The notes under the pieces are model-generated. The model searched no databases and had not been told where the DNA came from. It worked only from the letters and a program-made list of their open reading frames with translations. From NCBI RefSeq assembly GCF_054482595.1, contig NZ_CM137008.1: a DNA stretch of 64,000 bases; one strand, written 5' to 3'. Numbering within the stretch: position 1 is the stretch's first letter; every line of letters starts with the position of its first letter. Positions 19,986 through 30,942 of the stretch are shown here, piece by piece. Position numbers and translations under genes: made by a program.

Positions 19986-20558
19986 ATGAATGCTATTCCT
20001 TATTTCGACTATAGCCTGGCCCCCTTCTGGCCATCTTATCAGAACAAAGTCATCGGCGTCCTTGAGCGTGCGCTGCGTGAACAGTCCTGCTCCCGGGTAC
20101 GGCGGATCCTGCTTCGTCTGCCGTGGGAACATGACAACGCCTTCAGTTGCAGAAAGACCTGGTTAGGCATGGATTTTATCGAAACCGTCAGTGCGCTGAT
20201 GAATGCAACCCCCGGACGCGACCTTTGCTGGATCCTAACCCGTCATCCTGAAAAGCCGGAATACCACGTGGTGCTGTGCGTCAGACAGGAGTATTTCGAT
20301 GGCCCTGAACTGGACCGGCTGATTCTGGATGCCTGGAGCAACGTACTGGGCTTCGCGTCACCGGGTGAAGCGGCACCGTACCAGAAACAGATAACACGGG
20401 ATGTGGTGCTGGACAGTCGTTCACCGGACTGCGAAGACATCCTCAAAGAGTTGATATGGGCGTTCAGTGATTTCGCCCGCGATCGTCGTGGTGTGCGCGA
20501 TCCGGAAGCCCGTTACCTCGCCGGTAACCCCTGGTATCCCGTAGCAGGCCAGTTCTGA
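19986..20558 (+). CDS. hypothetical island protein
   Basis: Start set at ATG 19986 (MNAIPYFDYSLAPFWPSY...); the ORF-track upstream extension has no RBS support. Confidence 0.45.
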   Translation: MNAIPYFDYSLAPFWPSYQNKVIGVLERALREQSCSRVRRILLRLPWEHDNAFSCRKTWLGMDFIETVSALMNATPGRDLCWILTRHPEKPEYHVVLCVRQEYFDGPELDRLILDAWSNVLGFASPGEAAPYQKQITRDVVLDSRSPDCEDILKELIWAFSDFARDRRGVRDPEARYLAGNPWYPVAGQF

Positions 20559-20626
20559 AAGCTCAGTTCAGCAGATTCACCCGCATTTGCCCAACATTCA
20601 TAAATCTCACAAAGGACATTCTGACC

Positions 20627-20860
20627 ATGTTGACCACAACAAGCCACGACAGCGTATTGCTGCGTGCCGACGATCCCCTGATCGACATGAACTACATCAC
20701 CAGTTTCACCGGTATGACCGATAAATGGTTTTACAAGCTGATCAGTGAAGGTCATTTCCCTAAACCCATCAAACTGGGGCGTAGCAGCCGCTGGTACAAA
20801 AGTGAAGTGGAGCAGTGGATGCAGCAGCGAATTGAGGAATCACGAGGAGCAGCAGCATGA
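20627..20860 (+). CDS. AlpA-family phage/island transcriptional regulator (HTH)
   Basis: ...ITSFTGMTDKWFYKLISEGHFPKPIKLGRSSRWYKSEVEQWM fits the AlpA pattern; alternative start at ATG 20687. Confidence 0.75.
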   Translation: MLTTTSHDSVLLRADDPLIDMNYITSFTGMTDKWFYKLISEGHFPKPIKLGRSSRWYKSEVEQWMQQRIEESRGAAA

Positions 20861-21052
20861 AACGTGTTGTAATGCCAGTACGCTGGCAATGTGCGAAATG
20901 CCGGCGCTGGTATTGTGGAAATCAGCCCTGTCCCTGGTGCTGGCGCTGACAACTCCCGCTCATCTTTCTGCTGGCACCCTCTGGCCAGCCAACTGTTTGT
21001 CATCATTTCCTGACTGATTCGTCATTCCCTTCGTCCCGCCAGTCACTGGTGT

Positions 21053-21691
21053 TTGTATCGTATCGTGCCGGTGTCGATGTGCGCTTTCCGTGTGTCTGCA
21101 CCGGCTGAACAAAATTCAACAGGGTTTGAAAAGGAACATTTCGTGCAAATAACCGAAGCATTAATTTCAGAGCCGGGAGACATCCGGCGTTTTATTCAGC
21201 AGGCGGTGGACCACTGGCCGCATTTGCTGGCATTTTACTTCACACTCCATTCGGCAGAAGGAAATATCAACGGGCAACAGATTCATGCATTCTGTACTTC
21301 CTTTTACCGACAGGTGCACGAACGTATTACTGAGCGTAATCACACGGCCAGTCCATCCTCGCCGGTGGTATTACGCTGGTTGCGGGAACAACATGGAGGA
21401 GCAACAATACGATGCCTGTTGCTGTTCAGCCAGGAGCTTTTCTGCCATCCGCGAGCCAGTGTGACAGTTGATGAAGAATGTTCGCAAGTGGTGGATTTAC
21501 TGCAACAGAGCTGGCAGGTGATAAGTGCTGGCGGACAATGCCGGGTGGAAAAGCGTTTTCAGGTCGCCCGGGGTGATACATCTGGCCAGTATGTTGCGTT
21601 AAAAACAGTCGCATTGTCTCTGGGGTTACCGGTTGTGACCGCCATTATCTATCGTCCGGTACAGCGCTGTACATTGATTACAGCTCAGTGA
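21053..21691 (+). CDS. hypothetical protein
   Basis: 212-aa ORF downstream of the AlpA-like gene; no recognisable motifs; start uncertain. Confidence 0.35.
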   Translation: MYRIVPVSMCAFRVSAPAEQNSTGFEKEHFVQITEALISEPGDIRRFIQQAVDHWPHLLAFYFTLHSAEGNINGQQIHAFCTSFYRQVHERITERNHTASPSSPVVLRWLREQHGGATIRCLLLFSQELFCHPRASVTVDEECSQVVDLLQQSWQVISAGGQCRVEKRFQVARGDTSGQYVALKTVALSLGLPVVTAIIYRPVQRCTLITAQ

Positions 21692-21709
21692 ATCAGCGCA
21701 GTTGTGCAG

Positions 21710-22055
21710 TCAACGATATTTTCTGGCTTTTCGTCGGTCATTCAGCATCATTAAACGGGTCTCTGCCTCTTTCTGTTCCTGTGGTGTCACTTCCCCGCAC
21801 GGCTGACCGTTCAGGTTGTAACGGGCGCCACCTGCTATTAACGCACGGTAATAGCGCGGAGACTGCACATAAGACGCCACTGCTGCATGTAATGTACCAG
21901 CGCCAAACGCCAGTTCTCGGATGGCGATATCCTGTATCAGGTCGTCAGGTATCCCCACTTTAAGTGGTTTTGTTTTTTTCCCGGTTGAATGACTCAGGCC
22001 AGAGTTCCACAAGACGAATAATGCGCTTACGGTTTTTGCTCTGGCGTTTTGTCAT
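21710..22055 (-). pseudogene. ProQ/FinO-domain protein gene, frameshifted in an A-run
   Basis: From ATG 22055 the frame reads MTKRQSKNRKRIIRLVELWPESFNREKNKTT-stop; the remainder (...PLKVGIPDDLIQDIAIRELAFGAG...) continues in another frame (ORF 21710-22012). The intact N-terminus is seen in the copy at 58862-59092. Confidence 0.5.
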
Positions 22056-22069
22056 GTCGCCACGGTGTT

Positions 22070-23252
22070 TGGATTTGCCCCTATATTTCCAGACACCTGT
22101 TATCACTTAACCCATTACTGGCTTGCTGCCGTAGATATTCCCGTGGCGAGCGATAACCCAGTGCACTATGCGGATGCCATTCGTTATAATGCTCGAACGC
22201 CTCTGCAAGGTTCTTTGCTGCCGTTAACCCGTCTGGTTTGGGCATGATACTGATGTAGTCACGCTTTATCGTTTTCACGAAGCTCTCTGCTATTCCGTTA
22301 CTCTCCGGACTCCGCACCGCCGTGTTCTTCGGTTCAAGTCCCAACATCCGGGCGAACTGGCGTGTTTCATTAGCCCGGTAGCATGAACCATTATCCGTCA
22401 GCCACTCCACTGGAGACGACGGAAGATCGTTGCCGAAGCGGCGTTCCACCGCTCCCAGCATGACGTCCTGTACTGTTTCACTGTTGAAGCCGCCGGTAGT
22501 CACCGCCCAGTGCAGTGCCTCACGATCACAGCAGTCCAGCGCGAACGTGACACGCAGTCTCTCTCCGTTATCACAGCAGAACTCGAACCCGTCAGAGCAC
22601 CATCGCTGATTGCTTTCTTTCACGGCCACTCTGCCTGTATGTGCCCGTTTCGATGGCGGTACAGTAGGTTTTCGCTCAAGCAACAGCGCATTCTGGCGCA
22701 TGATCCGGTAAACACGTTTGGCATTCACTAACGGTAGTCCTTCATTTAGGGACTGCCGCCTGAGTATCGCCCAGAACACGGCTTACCGGGGCTATTCCTT
22801 GTCCGAAGGTAACAAGGGCACATGCGCTATCCATTTTCGCGATTGCGCATACTCCACCACTTCTTTGAGGATCTAAACTTCCATGGTTTTTTACCCAGCA
22901 AGAGCTGTAACTCTTTTATTTGTTTTATAGCGGCAGGCAGTTCTGAGGCAGGAACGACACCCTCTCCTGAAGCAACAGCAGTGAGACTTCCTTCCAGAGA
23001 TTGTTTTTCCACTTAAACAACAGGCAGGGCTGAATACAACGCAAACGCGCCACATGTGACACCGCCATGCCAGGCTCCATTGTCTGCTGAATAATGCCAA
23101 TTTTTTCCTGAGGAGTTTTACGTTTACGAAGCTCCAGCCCCGGCAAAGTTCCAGTCATCTCAAAATTAGAACCAGTGTCAGACATATATCCAAGCCTGTC
23201 TCTTATTTTAAGATACATCCACTATCTGGCGTTTCAAGGGGCTGGTCCAGCT
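22070..23252 (-). mobile_element. IS2-like (IS3-family) element, degenerate
   Basis: IS2 IRR TGGATTTGCCCCTATATTTCCAGACACCTGTTATCACTTAACCC at 22070; InsD-like ORF 22081-22779 (...[47 protein letters not shown]...); orfA-like fragments to ~23218; degenerate IRL-like sequence near 23236-23252. Confidence 0.7.
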
Positions 23253-24291
23253 ACAAATATTATTGAAAGAGATTTTTATGAAAACGAAGCTTTTTACGAT
23301 TTCTATCGGCATTGATGTAATATAGAAGAGTTATATAAATTATTCAAATCAAATTTTCTATTGAAGATTTTCATTCACAGAGTGAGAAAGATGTAAAATA
23401 AAAATACAGGCTCATATATTATTACTTAACCTTACATGGATATCCTGAAATGACATTAATTATTAAGATAATAACGTTTTCATCGGTAGTAGTAGAAATA
23501 AACAAAATTTTAATTTCAAAAACTGCTTGTTTCTCGTAGTGAGGTACTTGTCTTTACTGATTCGGATAACAGGAAAACATTTAAAATCATTCTGTTGCGC
23601 TCTTTCTGAGAGGCTGATTGCAAAATGGCATCTGAATCGATCGCAGTTGTATGACTCAGCGAGTAAGGCCAGGGAGGTGTTACCCACGAAAATATGTACG
23701 GCCCAGAACGCGCTGGAACTCTTTTGATGCTCCAGCAAGAACTTAACCGAATGCCATTGGTACGCTGCCCCACAGAAAATTCCGTCACTAATGGCGGTAG
23801 CCGACAGATTCACATGGCGTCACCGCAGTAAACCAAGATGGATCTTGATTGCGTCCTCAACAGACAACATATCTGCTTTGGACAACGAGCCAATATGTGT
23901 TTTGAGACAGGACTTATCCGCCGCCATAATCTGCTCTACAATCGCTTTGCTGCTCTGACACCTACGGTCACAACAGCCTCACTTGGATACACTCGCTCTG
24001 TGTTACTGGTCAGAGGAACGACGACTACTCGAGCGAGGTTCCTGTTTGCTGCGTCATTGCTCACGATCACTGCCGGACATGTCTTGCGGATTTCACTGTC
24101 AACAGCAGGATCAAATTCAATCCACCACGTCTCACCTGTGCCGTCACTGCTCTGTCATCTTTCTAACACTTTACTGTCTAACACATGTAATAAAAAAGTT
24201 ATTTTTCTGCAATTCGGGCATGATATTTAATCCCACGAGCATGAAACGTGTGAATTCGCTCATCAGGTACAACAAGCAAGAGAGATAAACG

Positions 24292-25608
24292 ATGAAACCG
24301 TTACATTATACAGCTTCAGCACTGGTGCTCGGACTGACGTTAATGGGGAATGCACAGGCAGTGACGACCATTCCGTTCTGGCACTCTATGGAAGGGGAAC
24401 TGGGTAAAGAGGTGAATTCTCTGGTCCAACGTTTTAACGCCGAAAACCCGGATTACAAAATTATACCGACTTATAAAGGCAACTACGAAGAGAGTTTAAG
24501 TGCGGGGATCGCAGCATTTCGTACCGGTAACGCTCCGGCTATTTTGCAGGTTTATGAAGTTGGCACCGCCACCATGATGGCGTCGAAAGCCATTAAACCG
24601 GTGTATGACGTGTTTAAAGAGGCGGGGATTAACTTTGATGAGTCGCAGTTTGTGCCGACGGTTTCAGGCTACTACTCCGACAGTAAAACCGGACACTTAC
24701 TCTCCCAGCCGTTCAACAGCTCGACTCCTGTTCTCTATTACAACAAAGATGCTTTCAAGAAAGCAGGATTAGACCCGGAACAGCCGCCGAAAACCTGGCA
24801 GGATCTGGCGGACTATGCCGCGAAACTGAAAGCCTCCGGTATGAAGTGCGGCTACTCCAGCGGCTGGCAGGGCTGGATCCAACTGGAAAACTTTAGCGCC
24901 TGGAACGGTCTGCCGTTTGCCAGCAAAAACAACGGCTTTGACGGCACAGATGCGGTGCTGGAGTTCAACAAGCCGGAGCAGGTGAAACACATCGCCATGC
25001 TCGAAGAGATGAACAAGAAAGGCGATTTCAGCTACGTCGGGCGTAAGGATGAATCCACCGAGAAGTTCTATAACGGTGATTGCGCAATGACGACTGCCTC
25101 TTCTGGTTCTCTTGCCAGCATTCGCGAGTACGCCAAATTCAACTACGGCGTAGGCATGATGCCTTACGACGCTGACGCGAAAGATGCACCACAAAACGCC
25201 ATTATCGGCGGAGCCAGCCTGTGGGTGATGCAGGGCAAAGATAAAGAAACGTATACCGGCGTGGCGAAGTTCCTCGACTTCCTCGCGAAGCCAGAAAATG
25301 CTGCCGAGTGGCACCAGAAAACCGGTTATCTGCCAATCACCAAAGCGGCGTATGACCTGACCCGTGAGCAGGGCTTTTACGAGAAAAACCCAGGGGCGGA
25401 TATCGCGACACGTCAGATGCTGAACAAACCGTCGTTACCGTTCACCAAAGGACTACGTCTGGGCAACATGCCGCAGATCAGAGCGATTGTGGATGAAGAG
25501 CTTGAGAGCGTGTGGACCGGTAAGAAGACGCCACAGCAGGCGCTGGATACCGCCGTTGAGCGTGGGAATCAGTTACTACGCCGCTTTGAGAAATCGACGA
25601 AGTCTTAA
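24292..25608 (+). CDS. ugpB: sn-glycerol-3-phosphate ABC transporter periplasmic binding protein
   Basis: 438 aa, near-identical over its length to E. coli UgpB as I recall it ([11 protein letters not shown]...GNAQA signal, ...[10 protein letters not shown]-terminus). Confidence 0.9.
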   Translation: MKPLHYTASALVLGLTLMGNAQAVTTIPFWHSMEGELGKEVNSLVQRFNAENPDYKIIPTYKGNYEESLSAGIAAFRTGNAPAILQVYEVGTATMMASKAIKPVYDVFKEAGINFDESQFVPTVSGYYSDSKTGHLLSQPFNSSTPVLYYNKDAFKKAGLDPEQPPKTWQDLADYAAKLKASGMKCGYSSGWQGWIQLENFSAWNGLPFASKNNGFDGTDAVLEFNKPEQVKHIAMLEEMNKKGDFSYVGRKDESTEKFYNGDCAMTTASSGSLASIREYAKFNYGVGMMPYDADAKDAPQNAIIGGASLWVMQGKDKETYTGVAKFLDFLAKPENAAEWHQKTGYLPITKAAYDLTREQGFYEKNPGADIATRQMLNKPSLPFTKGLRLGNMPQIRAIVDEELESVWTGKKTPQQALDTAVERGNQLLRRFEKSTKS

Positions 25609-25742
25609 CCAGTGTAATGTCGGATACGTTTCGCCTATCTGAGCTAACATCGCGTGTAGGCCGATGTGATTGACATCTTCCTCCTTACGGCATCAACGTT
25701 CCAGACTGAGATGTACCCAGTTCCCTGGTGGAGAAGTCAGTC

Positions 25743-26650
25743 ATGAATATTAATCGTATTGGTTTCGATCTTGCCGAAAAATGTTTTTCAAATCCACGGC
25801 GTTGATCACAATGAATAGTGGTACGGAGAAAAACGCTGAGCCCTCCCCACATGATGACGTTTTTCTCCGGGCTTTCTCCCTGCCTCATCAGCATCGAAGT
25901 CTGTGGCTCTTCCCATTCTGGGCACGGGAACTCATTCCGTATGGGGCCTACCGTGCGCATTATTCCGTAGAAACTTGTCAAATCTTATCTCAAAGGTAAC
26001 AAAAACGACGCTAATAATGCAGCTGCCATCTGTGAGGCCGTCAGCAGGCCCGGCATGCGATTTGTTGTTTTCATATCGGAATCCCAGCAGACGTTACAGG
26101 AAGAATACCGGGTCCGGGCCAGAATCATCCGCGAGCGAACGGCGTTGCGTAATGAAATCCGGGGGCTGTTGAGTGAATTTGGTCTGCTGCTGCCTGTGGG
26201 GATAAGGCACGTGCGTAAAATCCAGCAGGGAATACTGCCCAGGGGCAGTGGAATGACCCTTCATCCGTTTGTTGTGCGAACTGTCAGAGTAAAATGAACT
26301 CATATCGTCTCATGACCACCGTCTTCATGAGGCTGCAAGGGATGATATCCGTATTAAACAGCTGATGGAGCTAAAAGGAGTTGGTCCCACAACAGCCTGT
26401 GCGCTGGTTGCCTGTATCGGTAATGCACATGATTTTAAAAAGGGACGGCAACTGGCAGCCTGGCTGGGCTGACGCTATCACAATACAGCAGCGGCTGAAT
26501 GTCGAAGCTGGGCAGGATAACAAAAGCCGGTGATTCGTATCTGCGAATGCTTCTGGTTCAGGGGGCTCGTTCAGTACTGATTGGTGCTGAGAAAAGGACT
26601 GACTCATTCAGTCGTTGGGTCTGTTCACTGGTTGAACGCAGAGAATACTG
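25743..26650 (+). pseudogene. IS110-family transposase, multiply frameshifted
   Basis: Starts MNINRIGFDLAEK then shifts frame; later pieces ...EYRVRARIIRERTALRNEIRGLLSEFG... and ...LMELKGVGPTTACALVACIGNAHDFKKGRQLAAWLG... in different frames. Confidence 0.6.
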
Positions 26651-27102
26651 ACGCGCTGTTGTGGCCATCGCCGCCAGAAAGGTAAGGCTGTGCTGGGCAT
26701 CATGTCATTACGGTGATGATTTCAGGCTGTATTCAGCCAGCTAAAGCACGCAGCAACCGTATGACTATCTGATCTGCAACTCGTTGATGATAAAGTGTTA
26801 GACCCTGTGAGGTATATCTGATTATTGTACAGGATATACGTATCCGCTTAACGAACAAGAGCCTCACGCGCGTCTTTCATCTGGGCCGAATAGATGAGAT
26901 TCATCATGGTTGTTTATAGTACCGTCGTCTCTCCCCTTTATTTTTACAGAAAAGCAAACAGAAACCATAAATACCGGCGTTGACATGGCGGGGAAGCCGG
27001 CAACGGCTATCCCTACCGTAATCATAATATTTCTGTCATTTCTGCTCCCTACAATGACGTTAGTTTTACTTCTGGGCGATAACAACGAAAGGAGAGTATG
27101 AC

Positions 27103-28446
27103 ATGCACAACTCCAAAATCCGGCTGGCTATACTGGTTGGCTGCATGGCTCTGAGCGCCAACCTGTGGGCCAAAGCGCAGCCGGTGCAGGCAACGCTGGC
27201 CGGGCATGCAATTCTGCCGGCAAAATCCGCTGTTTCAACACCGAAGGATGCGCCGGGCGATTTGCAACAGAGCGGCAAATACACCAGCGGCAAACGCGTC
27301 ACCGAGCTGGGCAGCGTGGCGGGCAAATCCGCAGAACGCCTGACAGGACTCAGCCTGCCGATCAATGGTCAGCCGTTGCAGGGCCACTCAGGTATCAAAC
27401 ACATGCCCGACGGTACCTATTGGGTGCTGACTGACAATGGCTTCGGCAGCAAAGCCAACTCCCCGGATGCCATGCTGTACCTCAACCAATACAAGATAGA
27501 TTTCAAAGACGGCTCGGTAGTACCGCTGAAGACGCTGTTCCTGCATGATCCGGATAAAAAGGTGCCGTTCCACATCATCAACGAGAGCACCGAACTACGC
27601 TATCTGACCGGCAGCGATTTTGATCCGGAAAGCTTCCAGTTTTCCGACGATGCCTTATGGATCGGTGATGAGTTCGGTCCTTACCTGATCAAGACCGACC
27701 TGAACGGCAAGGTGCTGGCGGTGTTCGACACAGAAGTGGACGGTAAGGTGGTTAAATCGCCGGACAACCCGACGCTGACTCTACCTAGCGCTCCGGACGG
27801 TAAGCTGAACTTCCAGGTGGCGCGTTCCAAAGGCTTTGAAGGCATGGCCATCTCGCCGGACGGCAGTAAGCTGTATCCGCTGCTGGAAGGGGCATTGTGG
27901 GACGGTGAGCAGTTCGAGAACGTTGACGGAAAACGCTACCTGCGTGTGCTGGAGTTCGATACCAAACAGCAGGCCTGGACTGGTCGCAGCTGGCAGTACG
28001 TGCTGGAAGACAACCAGAACGCCATCGGCGACTTCAATATGATAGATGATACCCACGGACTGGTGATCGAGCGTGATAACGGCGAAGGCACGGCGGATAA
28101 AGCCTGCGTCGCCGGCGCGCCGACCAACAACTGCTTCAGTCAAGTAGCCAGGTTCAAACGGGTGTATAAAATTGCTTTCTCGGACACTAACGTCGGAAAA
28201 CCTGTCGAAAAACTGGGCTATATTGACCTGATGAAGATTCAGGATCCGAACAAGCTGGCACGCAAGCCGCTGAACGACGGTGTGCTGACCTTCCCGTTCT
28301 TCACCATCGAGAACGTGGATGTGGTTGACACTAACCACATCATCGTAGGCAACGATAATAACTTCCCGTTTTCCTCCAGCCGCTGGCCTAATATGGCGGA
28401 TGACAACGAGTTTATTCTACTGGATGTGAAGGATTTTCTGAAGTAG
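27103..28446 (+). CDS. secreted phytase-like esterase-family protein
   Basis: 447 aa with signal peptide (MHNSKIRLAILVGCMALSANLWA); family call is by recollection only. Confidence 0.5.
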   Translation: MHNSKIRLAILVGCMALSANLWAKAQPVQATLAGHAILPAKSAVSTPKDAPGDLQQSGKYTSGKRVTELGSVAGKSAERLTGLSLPINGQPLQGHSGIKHMPDGTYWVLTDNGFGSKANSPDAMLYLNQYKIDFKDGSVVPLKTLFLHDPDKKVPFHIINESTELRYLTGSDFDPESFQFSDDALWIGDEFGPYLIKTDLNGKVLAVFDTEVDGKVVKSPDNPTLTLPSAPDGKLNFQVARSKGFEGMAISPDGSKLYPLLEGALWDGEQFENVDGKRYLRVLEFDTKQQAWTGRSWQYVLEDNQNAIGDFNMIDDTHGLVIERDNGEGTADKACVAGAPTNNCFSQVARFKRVYKIAFSDTNVGKPVEKLGYIDLMKIQDPNKLARKPLNDGVLTFPFFTIENVDVVDTNHIIVGNDNNFPFSSSRWPNMADDNEFILLDVKDFLK

Positions 28447-28485
28447 GGGGAAGAGCATCTTACGATACTCCTCGCTAATTTAAAA

Positions 28486-28512
28486 ACGAACGGTGCTGAG
28501 CACCGTTTTTAA
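28486..28512 (+). terminator. Rho-independent terminator
   Basis: AACGGTGCT-GA-AGCACCGTT hairpin followed by TTTT, about 40 bp after the stop of the 27103-28446 gene. Confidence 0.6.
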
Positions 28513-28563
28513 TCACCTCGCCAGAACCTACCAGAATATGATGTTGGTGGTAATGACTCCAAC

Positions 28564-29067
28564 TTATTGATAGTGTTTTATGTTCAGATAATGCCCGATG
28601 ACTTTGTCATGCAGCTCCACCGATTTTGAGAACGACAGCGACTTCCGTCCCAGCCGTGCCAGGTGCTGCCTCAGATTCAGGTTATGCCGCTCAATTCGCT
28701 GCGTATATCGCTTGCTGATTACGTGCAGCTTTCCCTTCAGGCGGGATTCATACAGCGGCCAGCCATCCGTCATCCATATCACCACGTCAAAGGGTGACAG
28801 CAGGCTCATAAGACGCCCCAGCGTCGCCATAGTGCGTTCACCGAATACGTGCGCAACAACCGTCTTCCGGAGACTGTCATACGCGTAAAACAGCCAGCGC
28901 TGGCGCGATTTAGCCCCGACATAGCCCCACTGTTCGTCCATTTCCGCGCAGACGATGACGTCACTGCCCGGTTGTATGCGCGAGGTTACCGACTGCGGCC
29001 TGAGTTTTTTAAGTGACGTAAAATCGTGTTGAGGCCAACGCCCATAATGCGGGCTGTTGCCCGGCAT
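28564..29067 (-). CDS. insB: IS1 InsB
   Basis: 167-aa ORF; the functional transposase would be the InsAB' frameshift fusion. Confidence 0.9.
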
Positions 29068-29261
29068 CCAACGCCATTCATGGCCATATCAATGATTTTC
29101 TGGTGCGTACCGGGTTGAGAAGCGGTGTAAGTGAACTGCAGTTGCCATGTTTTACGGCAGTGAGAGCAGAGATAGCGCTGATGTCCGGCGGTGCTTTTGC
29201 CGTTACGCACCACCCCGTCAGTAGCTGAACAGGAGGGACAGCTGATAGAAACAGAAGCCAC
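28986..29261 (-). CDS. insA: IS1 InsA
   Basis: 91 aa; [40 protein letters not shown]... Confidence 0.9.
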
Positions 29262-29396
29262 TGGAGCACCTCAAAAACACCATCATACACTAAATCAGTA
29301 AGTTGGCAGCATCACCCGCAGGACTTAGGTGCCGTAGCCTTAGTACCAAAAGGCGATACCTCTGGCGCTGACCGTAAAGGTCTTTTCAATCGTTCA

Positions 29397-29843
29397 TTGT
29401 TCAAATATGACCAGGAAAAAGATATTTATATTTGCCCGATGGGTGAAGAACTTCAGAACCGATTTACGATGGTTGAGGATGGTTTAGAACAGCAAATGTA
29501 CTTTAACAATATTGCCTGTCGCGATTGCAGTCAGCGGTCAAGGTGCACCACATCAAAACGCGATCCGAGGCGTATAAAGCGCTGGGTTCATGAAGCAGAA
29601 ATGGAAGACATGCAAGCCAGGCTTAATGCATCGCCACAAACAGCTGTCGTGCGAAAGCAAACGGTAGAGCATCCGTTCGGGACAATTAAGATGTGGATGG
29701 GAGCGACTCACTTCCTGACGCAACGGTTTAAAAACGTCAGCACAGAAATCAGTCTGCATGTACTGGCTTATAACCTGAAGAGGATGATGTCCATCTGGGG
29801 GGCCGAAGGATTGGCCATTAAGCTGCGAGAACGATGCAGCTAG
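29397..29843 (+). pseudogene. DDE transposase C-terminal fragment (IS5/IS1182-like), truncated at the IS1 junction
   Basis: ...HPFGTIKMWMGATHFLTQRFKNVSTEISLHVLAYNLKRMMSI is a typical DDE transposase C-terminus; the N-terminal half is absent. Confidence 0.5.
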
Positions 29844-30167
29844 CGGCAGTGGCCGCTTTAACTCCTAATAACTGGCCATTAGTACTCCATATCAAGCCAC
29901 AAAGTCTCGTTTTGCCTCAACATACAAATCACTGCGAATACAGCCCATATCAGGAATATCTTGCATCCCTGCTGGTGTTAGTCCTCAGATACTGAAAAAA
30001 CCGAGTTTTTACACAGCCTGGGCACGAAGCGGACCGCCTGAAGCGCAGCAAGGTCTGCTTTGAACTCACAGCGAAGAGCAGAATATACCGGGAGATATCC
30101 TCTTTCATGAGTTGGCAGCCTCTCTCGCATAATATCGAAAACACGGGAGAGGCCGTTACAGCCGCCG

Positions 30168-30932
30168 TTAGTTAGCACGGAATTCCTGGACGGTATCCCA
30201 TGCCACCTGCTGCAGCGCTTTGGCGGTTTGCTCGGTCATATCGCTGTCGGCAGGCAGTGCGCCGCCTATCGGTGACTGGTCATACAGCGTGGCGAACAGC
30301 ACGCTGGCAGCCAGATAGGTTCCCGCCAGCGAGGGGTGATTTCCATCGCTATGATACAGATTGATTTCAGGATGCGTCTTAATTGCGTTACTGAAGGCCA
30401 GCCCGACCGGCGCGACGTATCCCCCGGTTTTACTGGCTATATTCAGATAGGCTTTCTCCAGTTTTTCAGTTTGCTCGGGTTTATCCTTGCTGGCCCAGGT
30501 CATAAAATAAACCACACGCGAGCCCTCTTTGTGAGCCATATCTGCCATCTTGACGGCGGACTCCGTGAAATAGTGACGCGAATCTTTTTTAGCGGAAAAA
30601 GGCTCTGTTGAATTCCCCTGAAATATCACCACGTCCCATTTTTGCAGCGTATTCTGGAATTCAAGATTCGGAAGGTGCCAGCCTAAACGTCCAGAAGAAA
30701 TGGTGATTCCCCGGAACATATAGTCTTTAGCGCCATTCGGTAACAGCGAACGGCTGAGATCGCGCAGTCGGGTATTTATATTATTGTTATAATGTGTATA
30801 TGAATTTCCGTAGAGCGCAATGGATTTATTGACTCCGCTCAGTTTATCCTGCGGTTTGGCTGCAATAATCGTATCGGCCTGCGCGTCGACCATCAGCGCC
30901 AGTCCTGCCAGCAACAACATGATTTTTTTCAT
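30168..30932 (-). CDS. secreted SGNH/GDSL-type hydrolase (esterase-like)
   Basis: Start set at ATG 30932 (MKKIMLLLAGLALMVDAQA signal); family assignment tentative. Confidence 0.5.
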   Translation of the reverse strand: MKKIMLLLAGLALMVDAQADTIIAAKPQDKLSGVNKSIALYGNSYTHYNNNINTRLRDLSRSLLPNGAKDYMFRGITISSGRLGWHLPNLEFQNTLQKWDVVIFQGNSTEPFSAKKDSRHYFTESAVKMADMAHKEGSRVVYFMTWASKDKPEQTEKLEKAYLNIASKTGGYVAPVGLAFSNAIKTHPEINLYHSDGNHPSLAGTYLAASVLFATLYDQSPIGGALPADSDMTEQTAKALQQVAWDTVQEFRAN

Positions 30933-30942
30933 TATTCTTTCC

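Larger units (their letters stand above)
28549..29316 (-). mobile_element. IS1 (complete, 768 bp), copy A
   Basis: Terminal repeats GGTAATGACTCCAACTTATTGAT (28549-) and ATCAGTAAGTTGGCAGCATCACC (-29316); insA and insB ORFs intact. Confidence 0.95.

Noticed and set aside
23230-24290. AT-rich 1-kb interval upstream of ugpB with several 90-130-aa ORFs on both strands
   Set aside because: Translations have no recognisable motifs and overlap one another; more likely degraded intergenic or promoter DNA than genes.
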